IMG/VR virus record: IMGVR_UViG_3300028906_000010
Coordinates: 1-30,925 of that record
Strand: one strand, 5' to 3'
Length of the DNA stretch: 30,925 nucleotides
From: a virus
Taxonomy: Duplodnaviria; Caudoviricetes
Below the pieces are notes generated by a model. The model made no database searches, was not told the origin of the DNA, and saw only the letters and a program-made list of their open reading frames with translations. The translations under genes were made by a program, and so were the position numbers. How positions within the stretch are numbered: the stretch's first letter is position 1; the number at the start of each line of letters is the position of its first letter. Of this stretch, positions 9,500-17,753 are shown in pieces.

Positions 9500-10089
9500 C
9501 ACGCCTCCACCATGGTCATGCAGTCGAAAGTGGCCGCGATCCCGCCCTTTGTGCGGCCCCGGTTCATGACGATCCACTCGCCGGATTCGCCGATGTCGAT
9601 GCCCTGCGTGCCCTCACCGGCCTGCATGATCAGCCGGCCACCCTGCGCGGCATACAGGACGGCATTGGTCGTGCCGAGCGTGCGGTCGAGGTACAGCAGG
9701 TTCAGCCACGCGTCGATGAGGTTGTCGAGGGCCTGCTCGGCGGTCTCCAGGTGCGGGAACTCGGAGATGGCCTCGAAGCTGCACCGCGTGGTGTAGTGCC
9801 GCGAGCGCCAGCCGGACACCGGCCCGCCCATCGCGCCATCGGGCCGGCGGGCGATCCGGACCGGGCCGAGCGCCACCGTCATCACCGCGCCCCAGGCCAC
9901 GCCGTCCGCCATGCCCGCGGTGTAGTACTGGTCGGGCGCGGACTTGGGCATGTACGGGTAGGCCGTGCCGAGCCCGCTGCTGACCAGGCTTCCGCCCTGG
10001 TAGCAGATGCCCGTGTCGGTCGTGACGAGCGAGCCCCCGAAGTAGGCGGCTACGGCCTCGCGGACGAGCTGGCGGTCGCCGGCGGTCAC
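9499..10089 (-). CDS. Putative tail terminator/completion protein (196 aa)
   Basis: RQLVREAVAAYF start and LDNLIDAW...DRTLG segment; position before tail tube. Function is positional inference. Confidence 0.7.
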   Translation of the reverse strand: MTAGDRQLVREAVAAYFGGSLVTTDTGICYQGGSLVSSGLGTAYPYMPKSAPDQYYTAGMADGVAWGAVMTVALGPVRIARRPDGAMGGPVSGWRSRHYTTRCSFEAISEFPHLETAEQALDNLIDAWLNLLYLDRTLGTTNAVLYAAQGGRLIMQAGEGTQGIDIGESGEWIVMNRGRTKGGIAATFDCMTMVEA

Positions 10090-10097
10090 AGCGCACC

Positions 10098-10103
10098 TAC
10101 CAT
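10098..10103 (+). promoter_or_regulatory. Putative -10 element TACCAT of a leaderless promoter for the plus-strand gene
   Basis: TANNNT hexamer followed by 6 nt and then ATG at 10110; no Shine-Dalgarno; no clear -35. Confidence 0.55.
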
Positions 10104-10109
10104 CGGGGC

Positions 10110-10430
10110 ATGAGCCTTGACCCGGTTGACCTGGAAGCGCCCGCGAAGCTGCTGCTTCCGCCGGGCACCAGCCCCGCCGCCCGGAACGGCCGGTACATCG
10201 CTGGCCCGCAGCCAGAGGGGACAGTGCGCGTCGTGCTGCACGCGAGCAGCTACGAGGAGCCCGCCGAGTGCCGCCCGTACGACAGCTACCCCTTCGCCCC
10301 GATGGCCTACCAGGTCTATGACCTGCCGGCGGAGACCGTTGAGCGCTGGAAAGCGGCCGCAGAGGCGTTCGACGCCATGCAAGAGGAGATCGAGGCGACG
10401 ATCAGCGCGCGGGCCCAGCCGCCCGCCTAG
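10110..10430 (+). CDS. Small protein with N-terminal MCP-like peptide (106 aa); only plus-strand gene
   Basis: High GC at third codon positions; fills the gap between two minus-strand genes; stop overlaps the convergent stop (CTAG 10427-10430); LDPVDLEAPAKLLLP matches MCP residues 128-142. Confidence 0.85.
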   Translation: MSLDPVDLEAPAKLLLPPGTSPAARNGRYIAGPQPEGTVRVVLHASSYEEPAECRPYDSYPFAPMAYQVYDLPAETVERWKAAAEAFDAMQEEIEATISARAQPPA

Positions 10431-10984
10431 CACGCCAGCCCCCAGTCCAAGGCCCACGCTTCCTCGACCACACCGCGCGCGGGGATGAGGCCGCCCCACG
10501 ACACCATCAGGCCACCGCCGGCCAGCAGCGCCGCGTGACTGCCCTCCTCCAGGTCCAGACCGAGCACCACGCCTGGCAGCACGCTGTCAACAGGGAAGAA
10601 CCCGGCCAGCCGGATGCCGGCCAGCCCGTCGCACGCCGCCGCGTTGAGCGCTTCGGCGATCGTCAGGCCCTCGCCGTGGCGGAGGACCGCCTCGTCGGCC
10701 ACGCGCAGGCCAGTGGTGAACAGCAGGCTGTTGGCCACGGCCGTCATCGCGCACGTCTCGAAGAGGTCGTTGCCGCCGGCCACCCACCCGCCGGAGCACG
10801 GCGCGGCGAGCTTGCGCGCCTTCTTGGCCTTCGCCGTCTTCGCCGGGTGGCGGCGGACGTAGCGCAGGTACTGGGCGTACTGCTTGGCCGACATCTTCGG
10901 CTTCGTCGTGGTCTTCGTCGTGGCGGCGGTCTTCATCACGCCGCCGGGGTTGACCTTCGCCGTGGCGGCAGTCTTCTTGCTCAT
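10427..10984 (-). CDS. Protein with basic Lys/Thr/Ala N-terminus and putative papain-like cysteine peptidase domain (185 aa)
   Basis: GGNDLFETCAMTAVAN ... GSHAALL ... VSWG gives the Cys/His/SWG order of papain-fold enzymes; ORF is secure, function tentative. Confidence 0.55.
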   Translation of the reverse strand: MSKKTAATAKVNPGGVMKTAATTKTTTKPKMSAKQYAQYLRYVRRHPAKTAKAKKARKLAAPCSGGWVAGGNDLFETCAMTAVANSLLFTTGLRVADEAVLRHGEGLTIAEALNAAACDGLAGIRLAGFFPVDSVLPGVVLGLDLEEGSHAALLAGGGLMVSWGGLIPARGVVEEAWALDWGLAC

Positions 10985-11112
10985 GACCGGCTCCGTGGCA
11001 GCATGGACCGCAGGTGGCGCGGCGTGCAGGCGCGGCGGGCTGATCCGGGCCGGCCGGCCGGGGACCTATGCGAACTCCTGCTGCCCTTCGAACGGGTCGT
11101 CGCGCCGCTCAT
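10981..11112 (-). CDS. 43-aa Arg/Ser-rich basic peptide
   Basis: MSGATTRSKGSRSSHRSPAGRPGSARRACTPRHLRSMLPRSRS*; ATGA overlaps with both neighbouring genes; below ORF-track cutoff. Confidence 0.55.
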   Translation of the reverse strand: MSGATTRSKGSRSSHRSPAGRPGSARRACTPRHLRSMLPRSRS

Positions 11113-12071
11113 GACCGCCACACAGGCGCATAGGGCTTGAGGTACTCGTAGGCGTCGTTGACGAGGCCGCCGGACTGCCCGTGGTGGCCGCCGGAGGTGC
11201 GCGCGGCGGGCCCGAACCCGGACGCGGGCTCCTCGGCCGAGACGTCGTCGCGCATGAGCAGGGAGACGGTGTACGCGATCACCGCCTGGATGATCTTCCG
11301 GGGGAAGCCGGTTATGCCGGTCTGCGCGGCGTGCGCGAACTGGGTCGGCGCGGCGAGCGGGATGCTCGTCACCGCCGGCGGGATCGCCGGCGTAGCCGGG
11401 ACATAGGTACTGGCCACGGTCAGGGCCTCGCTCGCGCCCGTGGTCGGGTTAGTGTCGCCGACGTCGTAGATCCGCAGCACGTCACCGGGCAGGATGCCCG
11501 TGGGGTCGGTCACGCTCACCGACGCGGCGGCAGAGGTGCACGACGCCGACAGAACAGTGTTCGGGAACCCGGCCACGTACGACCAGGTGACGTACACCGG
11601 CTGCGACGGGCGCACCCTCGGCCCGAACTCCAGCGCCGGGCCGGTGAACTGGCCCAGGCCGCCGCCCGGGCGGAAGGAGACCTGCCGGCCGTCCTCCACC
11701 CACATTGTGGAGTCGGGCAGCGTGTCGGCGCTCATGCTCTCCGGGCTGGAACCCCACGACAGCGACGTGATCGCGCGCACGGGGATGTGCCGCGGCTTGA
11801 TGTACACCCGGCCGCCGCCGCCGGGCCGGGTGCGCTGGTTCTCGCCCTGCACCCAGTGGGCGTGCAGCGGCATGTTCTCGCACGCGCTGATGGCCCAGTC
11901 CGAGGCGGCGAGGAGCGCCTCGCCCAGCTCGTCGACCTGGAGCGCGGCGACGCCGCCGGGTACGAGGTTGTCGAGGTCGAGCCAGGTGGGGTAGGCGGCG
12001 AACCCGGCGGGGGTGAGGTAGGGGACCGCCAGTTCAGACTGTGTCGGCGGGGTCAGGACAGGGATCGTCAC
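11109..12071 (-). CDS. Putative head-to-tail adaptor (320 aa)
   Basis: PYLTPAGF start, LLAASDWAISAC, YVTWSYVAGF, PRKIIQAVI, LKPYAPV end; GAGGAGG Shine-Dalgarno; downstream of capsid genes. Confidence 0.78.
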   Translation of the reverse strand: MTIPVLTPPTQSELAVPYLTPAGFAAYPTWLDLDNLVPGGVAALQVDELGEALLAASDWAISACENMPLHAHWVQGENQRTRPGGGGRVYIKPRHIPVRAITSLSWGSSPESMSADTLPDSTMWVEDGRQVSFRPGGGLGQFTGPALEFGPRVRPSQPVYVTWSYVAGFPNTVLSASCTSAAASVSVTDPTGILPGDVLRIYDVGDTNPTTGASEALTVASTYVPATPAIPPAVTSIPLAAPTQFAHAAQTGITGFPRKIIQAVIAYTVSLLMRDDVSAEEPASGFGPAARTSGGHHGQSGGLVNDAYEYLKPYAPVWRS

Positions 12072-12085
12072 CAGCGGTCACCTCC

Positions 12086-12343
12086 TCAGGTTTCCTTGTG
12101 GGCGGCGCAGCGCCGGTCCGGGCCCGCCCGGCCCTTGCACGGCTTGCCTGCCTTCGTGGTCTCCGAGCAGGACCACGACATCCCGGCGTCCGGGCCGGGC
12201 TCTTCGGGATTCGCGATTCGCGAATCTGCGGGCTCAGGCCGCCAGCCGGGGTCGGGAACGCCGGCGCCTGCCTCATGGACGGGCATGGGCACCTCGCCGG
12301 GATAGGGCCGGGCCGCGGCCGGGTACTGGACGATGCACCTCAT
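12086..12343 (-). CDS. Small protein with C-terminal CCCH Zn motif (85 aa)
   Basis: ATGA overlap with upstream stop; CSETTKAGKPCKGRAGPDRRCAAH. Confidence 0.7.
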   Translation of the reverse strand: MRCIVQYPAAARPYPGEVPMPVHEAGAGVPDPGWRPEPADSRIANPEEPGPDAGMSWSCSETTKAGKPCKGRAGPDRRCAAHKET

Positions 12344-12609
12344 TCGCGCTCGCATTCCGCGCCGCACCGCGAGCAGGTCTTCACGAACGACCCGAACTGG
12401 CACTCCGGGCAGCGCCAGCCGATCGAGCGGCTCGTCGTCCCGGCCTCCGAGGCGATCGCGCCGCCGATCTTCACCGCCTGGCGGGCCGCGGCCGGGGACA
12501 TGTCGAAACTGCCGCCCTGCATGTAGCCCTTCTGGCCGCCGCGGGCGTAGTGGCGGACCCCGTCGAAGTCGACTTCGCGGCAGCCCTCGGCGATGATGAC
12601 GCGCGGCAT
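12340..12609 (-). CDS. Small Zn-ribbon protein (89 aa)
   Basis: RCPECQFGSFVKTCSRCG; start abuts upstream stop. Confidence 0.8.
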   Translation of the reverse strand: MPRVIIAEGCREVDFDGVRHYARGGQKGYMQGGSFDMSPAAARQAVKIGGAIASEAGTTSRSIGWRCPECQFGSFVKTCSRCGAECERE

Positions 12610-12843
12610 TCAGTCGTCCTGCTGGGCGACGACCGGCGTCGTGGCCGCCGCCAGGGTCGCCTCGTCGGTCTCGACCTGGACGGCGTCGGCCGACAGCGAC
12701 GTGTCGCCCGCGGCGAGGATGTCCTGGGCGACGCTCGCGGACGCGTCGGACGCGGCGGCCTCGTCGGCGGCCAGCCCGGACGCCTCGGGGTCGGTGCCGG
12801 GGACGGCCTGGCCGGACTGCTGCTCTGGCCCGCTGATGCTCAT
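12610..12843 (-). CDS. Acidic Ala-rich hypothetical protein (77 aa)
   Basis: Strong AGGAGGAGG Shine-Dalgarno; tiles the operon. Confidence 0.75.
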   Translation of the reverse strand: MSISGPEQQSGQAVPGTDPEASGLAADEAAASDASASVAQDILAAGDTSLSADAVQVETDEATLAAATTPVVAQQDD

Positions 12844-12855
12844 GGCTTCCTCCTC

Positions 12856-13272
12856 CTACACCGGCTGGCCGGACAGCCAGCCCGGCAGCGGCGTGTTCAG
12901 GTTCGCGTAGCACTGGCCGGCGAACGACGCGAGGAACGCGCCGCCCGCGGCCACGGTGTCGGTCAGCGTGCTGGCGCCGGTGTTCCAGGTGGCCAGGCCG
13001 CCGGACACGCCCGCCGCGGACCACGCCCAGGTGGGCGTGGCCACGGTGTAGGCGATCGAGATGGAGCCGTACGCGGGCACGGTGTAGGTCCCGGCCGCGG
13101 TCCCGGCCGTGACGCCGTTGACCGACACGTTGCTGATCGTGGCGCCGTTCGCGCCGATGACGACCTGCACCGGGTAGGCGTTGACGTTCTGCGCGGCCAC
13201 TGTCGTGGCCGGCACGGCAGGCGCTGCGGGAGCCGGCGCCCCGTAGCTGAAGGACTGCGTCGGGGGCGCCAT
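12856..13272 (-). CDS. Putative virion structural/decoration protein (138 aa)
   Basis: TGATG coupling; Ala/Thr/Val/Gly beta-rich composition; two genes after MCP. Confidence 0.65.
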   Translation of the reverse strand: MAPPTQSFSYGAPAPAAPAVPATTVAAQNVNAYPVQVVIGANGATISNVSVNGVTAGTAAGTYTVPAYGSISIAYTVATPTWAWSAAGVSGGLATWNTGASTLTDTVAAGGAFLASFAGQCYANLNTPLPGWLSGQPV

Positions 13273-13658
13273 CAGGTGCCGACCGGCCCGGAGTTGCCCC
13301 CGGTGTTCAGCGCCGTCGCCAGCGTCGCCGAGAACGAGGTCACGTCGGCCGAATGCACGCTCAGGCTCACCGTCGTCGAGGTCACCAGCATCCGGACCTG
13401 GCCTATCTGCGCCTTCTTCAGCGCCGACAGGGAACCCAGGTAGGTGGCGTACGCGGTGCAGACCGCGGCGACCCCGGTGATGGTGAGGCCCTGCGTGTTC
13501 GGCGCGGCCGAGCCCGCCGTCACGGTCACGGCGGACGCAGCCGCAGCCGCGGCGCCGGCCGCGTCGCCCGCGTTGGGCAGCGGCACGGCGGCGACGAGGG
13601 CGACGAGGGGATGCCCCGCGCTCAGCGGGGTGACCGTCTGTCCCATGCCAGTGCTCAC
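13272..13658 (-). CDS. Putative virion structural protein (128 aa; alternative ATG at 13646)
   Basis: GTGA overlap with MCP stop; Ala/Thr/Val-rich. Confidence 0.65.
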   Translation of the reverse strand: MSTGMGQTVTPLSAGHPLVALVAAVPLPNAGDAAGAAAAAASAVTVTAGSAAPNTQGLTITGVAAVCTAYATYLGSLSALKKAQIGQVRMLVTSTTVSLSVHSADVTSFSATLATALNTGGNSGPVGT

Positions 13659-15613
13659 GGCACCAGCCCGACCAGGGCGCCGCTCCAGGCCGGGGCGTAG
13701 AAGATCAGCGTCCCGAGCTGGTAGGTGGACGCGTCGTAGGTGAACTGGATCTGCGGCCACATCTGGTACAGGTAGTCCTGCACGTTCTTCGCGACCACGG
13801 TGTTCGTGATCTCCGAGTCGGGGAACGGCAGGGTCTTCGTCCAGATGATCGACGCGCCGACCGGCATGTACGGGTGGACGTCGAAGTCCACCATGTCGCC
13901 CGTGACCTGGTTGGCGATCCCGTTGACGATCGCGCCGACCTCCATGCCGCCCGTGGCTTCCTGGGTGGGCATGGTGATCCGGTAGGCGGTCGACCCGCCC
14001 GCCGCGGTGCGCACGAACTGGCCCATCGCGGCGCGCACGGCGCCGTCGACGTACACGGTCTGCGGCCGGGCGAGCAGCTTCTGCCCGTAGGCGGTGCCCG
14101 CGGTCCACGGCCAGGCGGTGGCGGGCAGGCCGCCGGTCGACATGGCGTAGTTGCCGGGCTGGGTGCTCGCGCCGTACAGGGCCGCGAACGCGGCCTGCCA
14201 CGGCTTGTCACCGACCGGGGTGGGCGCGGTGCCGCCGATCAGGGTGCTGCCGCCGATCGAGTTCTGCGTGACGGCCGCGGACGCGCCGATCGCGTACGTG
14301 CCGACGTAGCCGGACAGCGACGGGTTGAGGAAGGTGGTCAGCATCCCGTCGTAGCCGTTGGGGTTGGCCGTGGTGTCGGTGATGGTCGCGATCGACGGCA
14401 GTGTCGCGCCGGCCAGGGTGACCGACGTCAGGGTGAGCAGGTTCGACGCCGCGGTGACGCCCGCGTAGGCGGCGGGGACGAAGAGCTGGAAGTAGAACGG
14501 CCCAGCGGTCGCGGAGACGTTGCCGACGTAGATGTTGAAGCCGGTCGCGCCGGACGGCAGCGCGGGCAGGCCGATGGACAGGCACTGCGGCGAGGTGATG
14601 GCCTGGGTGGCCGCGGCGGGTGCCGTGGTCTCGCCGCCGGACGCGACAGCGGTGATGACGACGAAGTAGGTGCCGGTGGTGATCGACCCGCCCGTGGTCG
14701 GCGTCGCGGACGTGGTCGCCGCGGCGGCGGGGGCGGACACCGGGCCGGTGTACCCGGCGGCGGTCGTGCCCCGGCCGTACAGCATGGCGCGTTCCTCGCC
14801 GCCCTTGTGCGCCCACAGCAGCGCGGTGGCGGAGAGCTGGCGGACGTCCTGGTAGCCCTGGCCGATGTAGTACGCCTTGGTCGACACGATGTCGGACAGC
14901 GACAGCTCGGTGTAGGTCACCTGGTGCGCGTCGGCGGCGTAGGTGATCTTCTGGCCGCGCCGCAGGCCCAGGCCGGACGACTGGCCGCCGGTCGTGTTCG
15001 CGTACCCGCCGAACTGCGGCAGGTTGTTCGTGGACTGCGCGGCCGGGTACTCCGACGCCATGAACGGCAGCAGGTCCGGGACGCCGCCGACGCCGGAGTT
15101 CGACCAGCCGAGGATCCGCCGGTACTGGATGGCGGAGCCGATGCCGTCGTTTTCCCTGGGCATGGCGTTGAGGATCGGCGTCTCGCGGGGCACCAGCAGC
15201 TTGGCCGGGCCTTCGAGGTCGATCGGGGCGAGCTGCGCGGGCACGGTCAGCGACGTCGACTCGGGGAAGCTGGCGTCCCAGTCCTTGACCAGCGACTCGC
15301 GCATGGTCTCGATCTGCGCCGACATCGCGGCGAGCTGCTCGGAGCCCACGGACTTGGTGAGCTGCTCGAGCGCGTCGAGGTTGGCCTTGCGGGTGTCCTC
15401 CCAGCCCTTCGGCGGCCGGACACCCTTCATGATCTTCCCCTTGCCGGGGAAGTAGTCGCGGCCCTCGTCGGCGCGCGCGATCGACTTGGCGATGCCGTCG
15501 TCGCCGTTGATGTACTCCTCGAACGCCTTCGTCAGCTCCGTGCTGGAGCGGTACTCAGGCTCCCAGGACACACCGCGTCGGGAACCGCCGAACAGGTCTT
15601 GCTTGGTGGGCAT
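13655..15613 (-). CDS. Major capsid protein (652 aa; probably HK97 fold, SU10-like family) with inserted Ig/Fn3-like domain
   Basis: IDLEGPAKLLVPRETPILNAMPR, EERAMLYGRG, VHPYMPVG, APAWSGALVG; insertion GGSITTGTYFVVITAV...GATGFNIYVG; follows protease and scaffold genes. Confidence 0.9.
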   Translation of the reverse strand: MPTKQDLFGGSRRGVSWEPEYRSSTELTKAFEEYINGDDGIAKSIARADEGRDYFPGKGKIMKGVRPPKGWEDTRKANLDALEQLTKSVGSEQLAAMSAQIETMRESLVKDWDASFPESTSLTVPAQLAPIDLEGPAKLLVPRETPILNAMPRENDGIGSAIQYRRILGWSNSGVGGVPDLLPFMASEYPAAQSTNNLPQFGGYANTTGGQSSGLGLRRGQKITYAADAHQVTYTELSLSDIVSTKAYYIGQGYQDVRQLSATALLWAHKGGEERAMLYGRGTTAAGYTGPVSAPAAAATTSATPTTGGSITTGTYFVVITAVASGGETTAPAAATQAITSPQCLSIGLPALPSGATGFNIYVGNVSATAGPFYFQLFVPAAYAGVTAASNLLTLTSVTLAGATLPSIATITDTTANPNGYDGMLTTFLNPSLSGYVGTYAIGASAAVTQNSIGGSTLIGGTAPTPVGDKPWQAAFAALYGASTQPGNYAMSTGGLPATAWPWTAGTAYGQKLLARPQTVYVDGAVRAAMGQFVRTAAGGSTAYRITMPTQEATGGMEVGAIVNGIANQVTGDMVDFDVHPYMPVGASIIWTKTLPFPDSEITNTVVAKNVQDYLYQMWPQIQFTYDASTYQLGTLIFYAPAWSGALVGLVP

Positions 15614-15662
15614 GGCCGGGTCACTCCAGAGGTTTCAGGGCGCGCCCGGCGGGGCGAGAGTG

Positions 15663-16733
15663 TCAGGCCGTGAGCTTGGCGGCCCTCTCATCGGTTTCGC
15701 GGGCGAGCTGGCGGTAGCCTTCGCGGTCCCCCGGGTCCGTGGCCGCGTCGGCCTTGGCCCGGTAGAGCGCTGCCTTGGCGGCCAGGTCCTCGCTGCCGGC
15801 GCTCGCGCTGCCGGAAGGGCGCGCGTTCGCGGACATGACGGGACCGCCGGGGATTGCTGTCGACTTGATCAGCTCTCTGAGCTGGCCGACTTCCGCCTTA
15901 GCCTCTGCCGCCTGAGCCTCGGCCTGCTTGATGCGGCCCTCTGAGGCTTCAGTGGCCTTCGCCACAGCGTCTTCGACGGCCTTCGCGATAGTGCCGTCCG
16001 GGTCAGTTTGCACGCTGGTCTCGCCTTCCGCAACCGCGGACTTGCCCGCGTCGTCGCTCACATCGATGCCGAACTTCTTCGCCGCGGCGTGAACCTTGGC
16101 CTTGGCCTTGTCACCGAACGGGCTGGACGGCAGCCGGGCCAGCGCGTTCTGCGCGTGCGCCTTGTCGTGGACGGGGAAGTGGCGCTTGGACCGCGGCGTG
16201 GTCTTGCCGTCGGCGTCTTTCTTGCCGCCGTCCTCGATGTAGGCGAACGCCGAGTCGGGCAGGTCGTCCTGGTCGGCCGACGACATCGCGGCCTTGACCG
16301 CGTCGGCCAGCGCGGTGCTGGCCATGACGACGCCGTCCCACGCGCCCTGCTGCGCCGGGGCCGACTCCCGCGAGATCCAGCAGTTGATCATGCTGGCCGC
16401 GTCGTTGAGCAGCCCGACGTCGCACGTCTCGCCGTACGACCCGGCGGCGATCTCGTCGGCCTCGTTGGCGATGGCCTTGCCGAGCAGCACCATGATCTGC
16501 TGGCCCAGGTCGATGTCGGGGGCCTCGTCGATCTTCCCGCGGGTGACGGCCTTGACGGCCAGGTCCACGGCGGACGGCTCGGCCGGGTCAGCGGCGGCGG
16601 CTGGGGCGTCCTCAGCCGCGACACCCTTCATGATCAGGTGCGGGAAGCCGTTGGCGCCCATCGGGACGCCCTTGACCGACTCCACGTCGATGATCTCGAA
16701 CTCCGTGACCTCGTCCTCAGTGGCGGTGTCCAT
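15663..16733 (-). CDS. Putative scaffolding/head maturation protein with DUF6582-like domain (356 aa)
   Basis: ATG at 16733; DLPDSAFAY...RHFPVHDKAHAQNALARL...AAAKKFGI; C-terminal coiled coil; between protease and MCP. Confidence 0.7.
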   Translation of the reverse strand: MDTATEDEVTEFEIIDVESVKGVPMGANGFPHLIMKGVAAEDAPAAAADPAEPSAVDLAVKAVTRGKIDEAPDIDLGQQIMVLLGKAIANEADEIAAGSYGETCDVGLLNDAASMINCWISRESAPAQQGAWDGVVMASTALADAVKAAMSSADQDDLPDSAFAYIEDGGKKDADGKTTPRSKRHFPVHDKAHAQNALARLPSSPFGDKAKAKVHAAAKKFGIDVSDDAGKSAVAEGETSVQTDPDGTIAKAVEDAVAKATEASEGRIKQAEAQAAEAKAEVGQLRELIKSTAIPGGPVMSANARPSGSASAGSEDLAAKAALYRAKADAATDPGDREGYRQLARETDERAAKLTA

Positions 16734-16735
16734 GT

Positions 16736-17275
16736 TCAGTCCCTCAGGTTCGCTAGAGATTCCTTCGACGGCTTGCGCCGCTTCGCACCGCCCTCGACGG
16801 ACACGCCGCCGATCTTCCCCGCCTTGATCGCGTCCCACGCGGGCTCGGTCCAGATGAACCCGCCGAGCCAGTCACCCGCCTTGATCATCACGTCGTCGGA
16901 CACCTGCCAGTCCGGCCCGCGGTAGATGTACGACTCGACGAGGTCGGCCGCGCCCTGCTGCAGCAGCTCCGTGCCGACGCTGGCGGCCTGCTCGGGGGTG
17001 TGGCACAGTCCGACCGCGCGGTGGTTGCGCATGTAGTTCCACGCGGCGTCCTCGACGACGGCCTTGCTGGCGAAGTCGCGGTGCTTGTCCATCGCGCGGA
17101 CCACGTCGGCCTTGTCCGCCGGGTAGATCACGTTCAGGGTAAAGCGCCGCTCTGGCTCGGCCTTGGCCAGCGCGCCGATACTGACGGTCTCGCCGTCCCA
17201 GGTGGCCGCGCTCTTGGCCGCGCCGGTCTCAACGGTGACGGTGCCGTCCGGCTTGACGGTGGTCTTCGTGCTCAC
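16736..17275 (-). CDS. XkdF-like putative prohead serine protease (179 aa)
   Basis: GTGA overlap; ERRFTLNVIYP...DKHRD...EDAAWNYM...VGLCH...LVESYI...WDAIKAGKIGGVSVEG. Confidence 0.85.
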   Translation of the reverse strand: MSTKTTVKPDGTVTVETGAAKSAATWDGETVSIGALAKAEPERRFTLNVIYPADKADVVRAMDKHRDFASKAVVEDAAWNYMRNHRAVGLCHTPEQAASVGTELLQQGAADLVESYIYRGPDWQVSDDVMIKAGDWLGGFIWTEPAWDAIKAGKIGGVSVEGGAKRRKPSKESLANLRD

Positions 17276-17544
17276 ATGCGCTCCTTCGGCTTGGCCGGCG
17301 GCGCGAGGTGGTGCGCGTGCCCGGTGTGGTGCTCGAACACATCGGCCGCGATCTGCCGCGCGTCCTCGGCCACTTTCTTGATGTCCCGCAGGTCGGCCTG
17401 CGCGCCGAAGTGCCTGCGCCACCATGCGGCGATGGGCTTGCGGAACACGACGGTGAACGTGACGGCGAGCGCGCCGCAGACGGGGGTGGCGGCGACGTTC
17501 CCGCCGATGTAGTCCCAGTACGCGGACAGCCAGTGAGGGATCAT
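17272..17544 (-). CDS. Small single-pass membrane protein (90 aa)
   Basis: ATGA overlap; hydrophobic NVAATPVCGALAVTFTVVF followed by RK. Confidence 0.7.
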   Translation of the reverse strand: MIPHWLSAYWDYIGGNVAATPVCGALAVTFTVVFRKPIAAWWRRHFGAQADLRDIKKVAEDARQIAADVFEHHTGHAHHLAPPAKPKERM

Positions 17545-17753
17545 CGTTTGCCCCCGAACCCGAACGGGCGCTCGTGCGCGGCGACGGCCGGGCTGCGCTT
17601 GTCGTGGTCCCACGACGGTGCCCGCTCGGTGTCGGCGGCGGTGACGCTCGGCAGTTGCGCCGGGCCGTCGTCAGCAGGCACAGCGGTCAGCCTGCGGTAC
17701 TCGGTGATGATGTCGTTCGCGACGGTGGCGGCCAGGCGGCCGAGCAGGCTCAC
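17541..17753 (-). CDS. Hypothetical protein (70 aa)
   Basis: GTGA overlap with MuF stop; VSLLGRLAATVAND...ERPFGFGGKR. Confidence 0.7.
   Translation of the reverse strand: MSLLGRLAATVANDIITEYRRLTAVPADDGPAQLPSVTAADTERAPSWDHDKRSPAVAAHERPFGFGGKR

Noticed and set aside
85-9796. Long plus-strand ORFs such as 309-1640, 2914-4449 and 8042-9796
   Set aside because: Antisense shadows of GC-rich minus-strand genes; no motifs, biased Gly/Arg/Val composition
10116-10160. Idea that the MCP-like segment acts as an antisense RNA or DGR-type template repeat
   Set aside because: Its transcript has the same sense as MCP mRNA, DNA identity is only 33/45, differences are not adenine-specific, and no reverse transcriptase is in the window
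10086-10499. Minus-strand 137-aa ORF that would keep the operon uninterrupted
   Set aside because: Reads as the shadow of the plus-strand gene, which has better codon bias, a meaningful motif and a promoter signature
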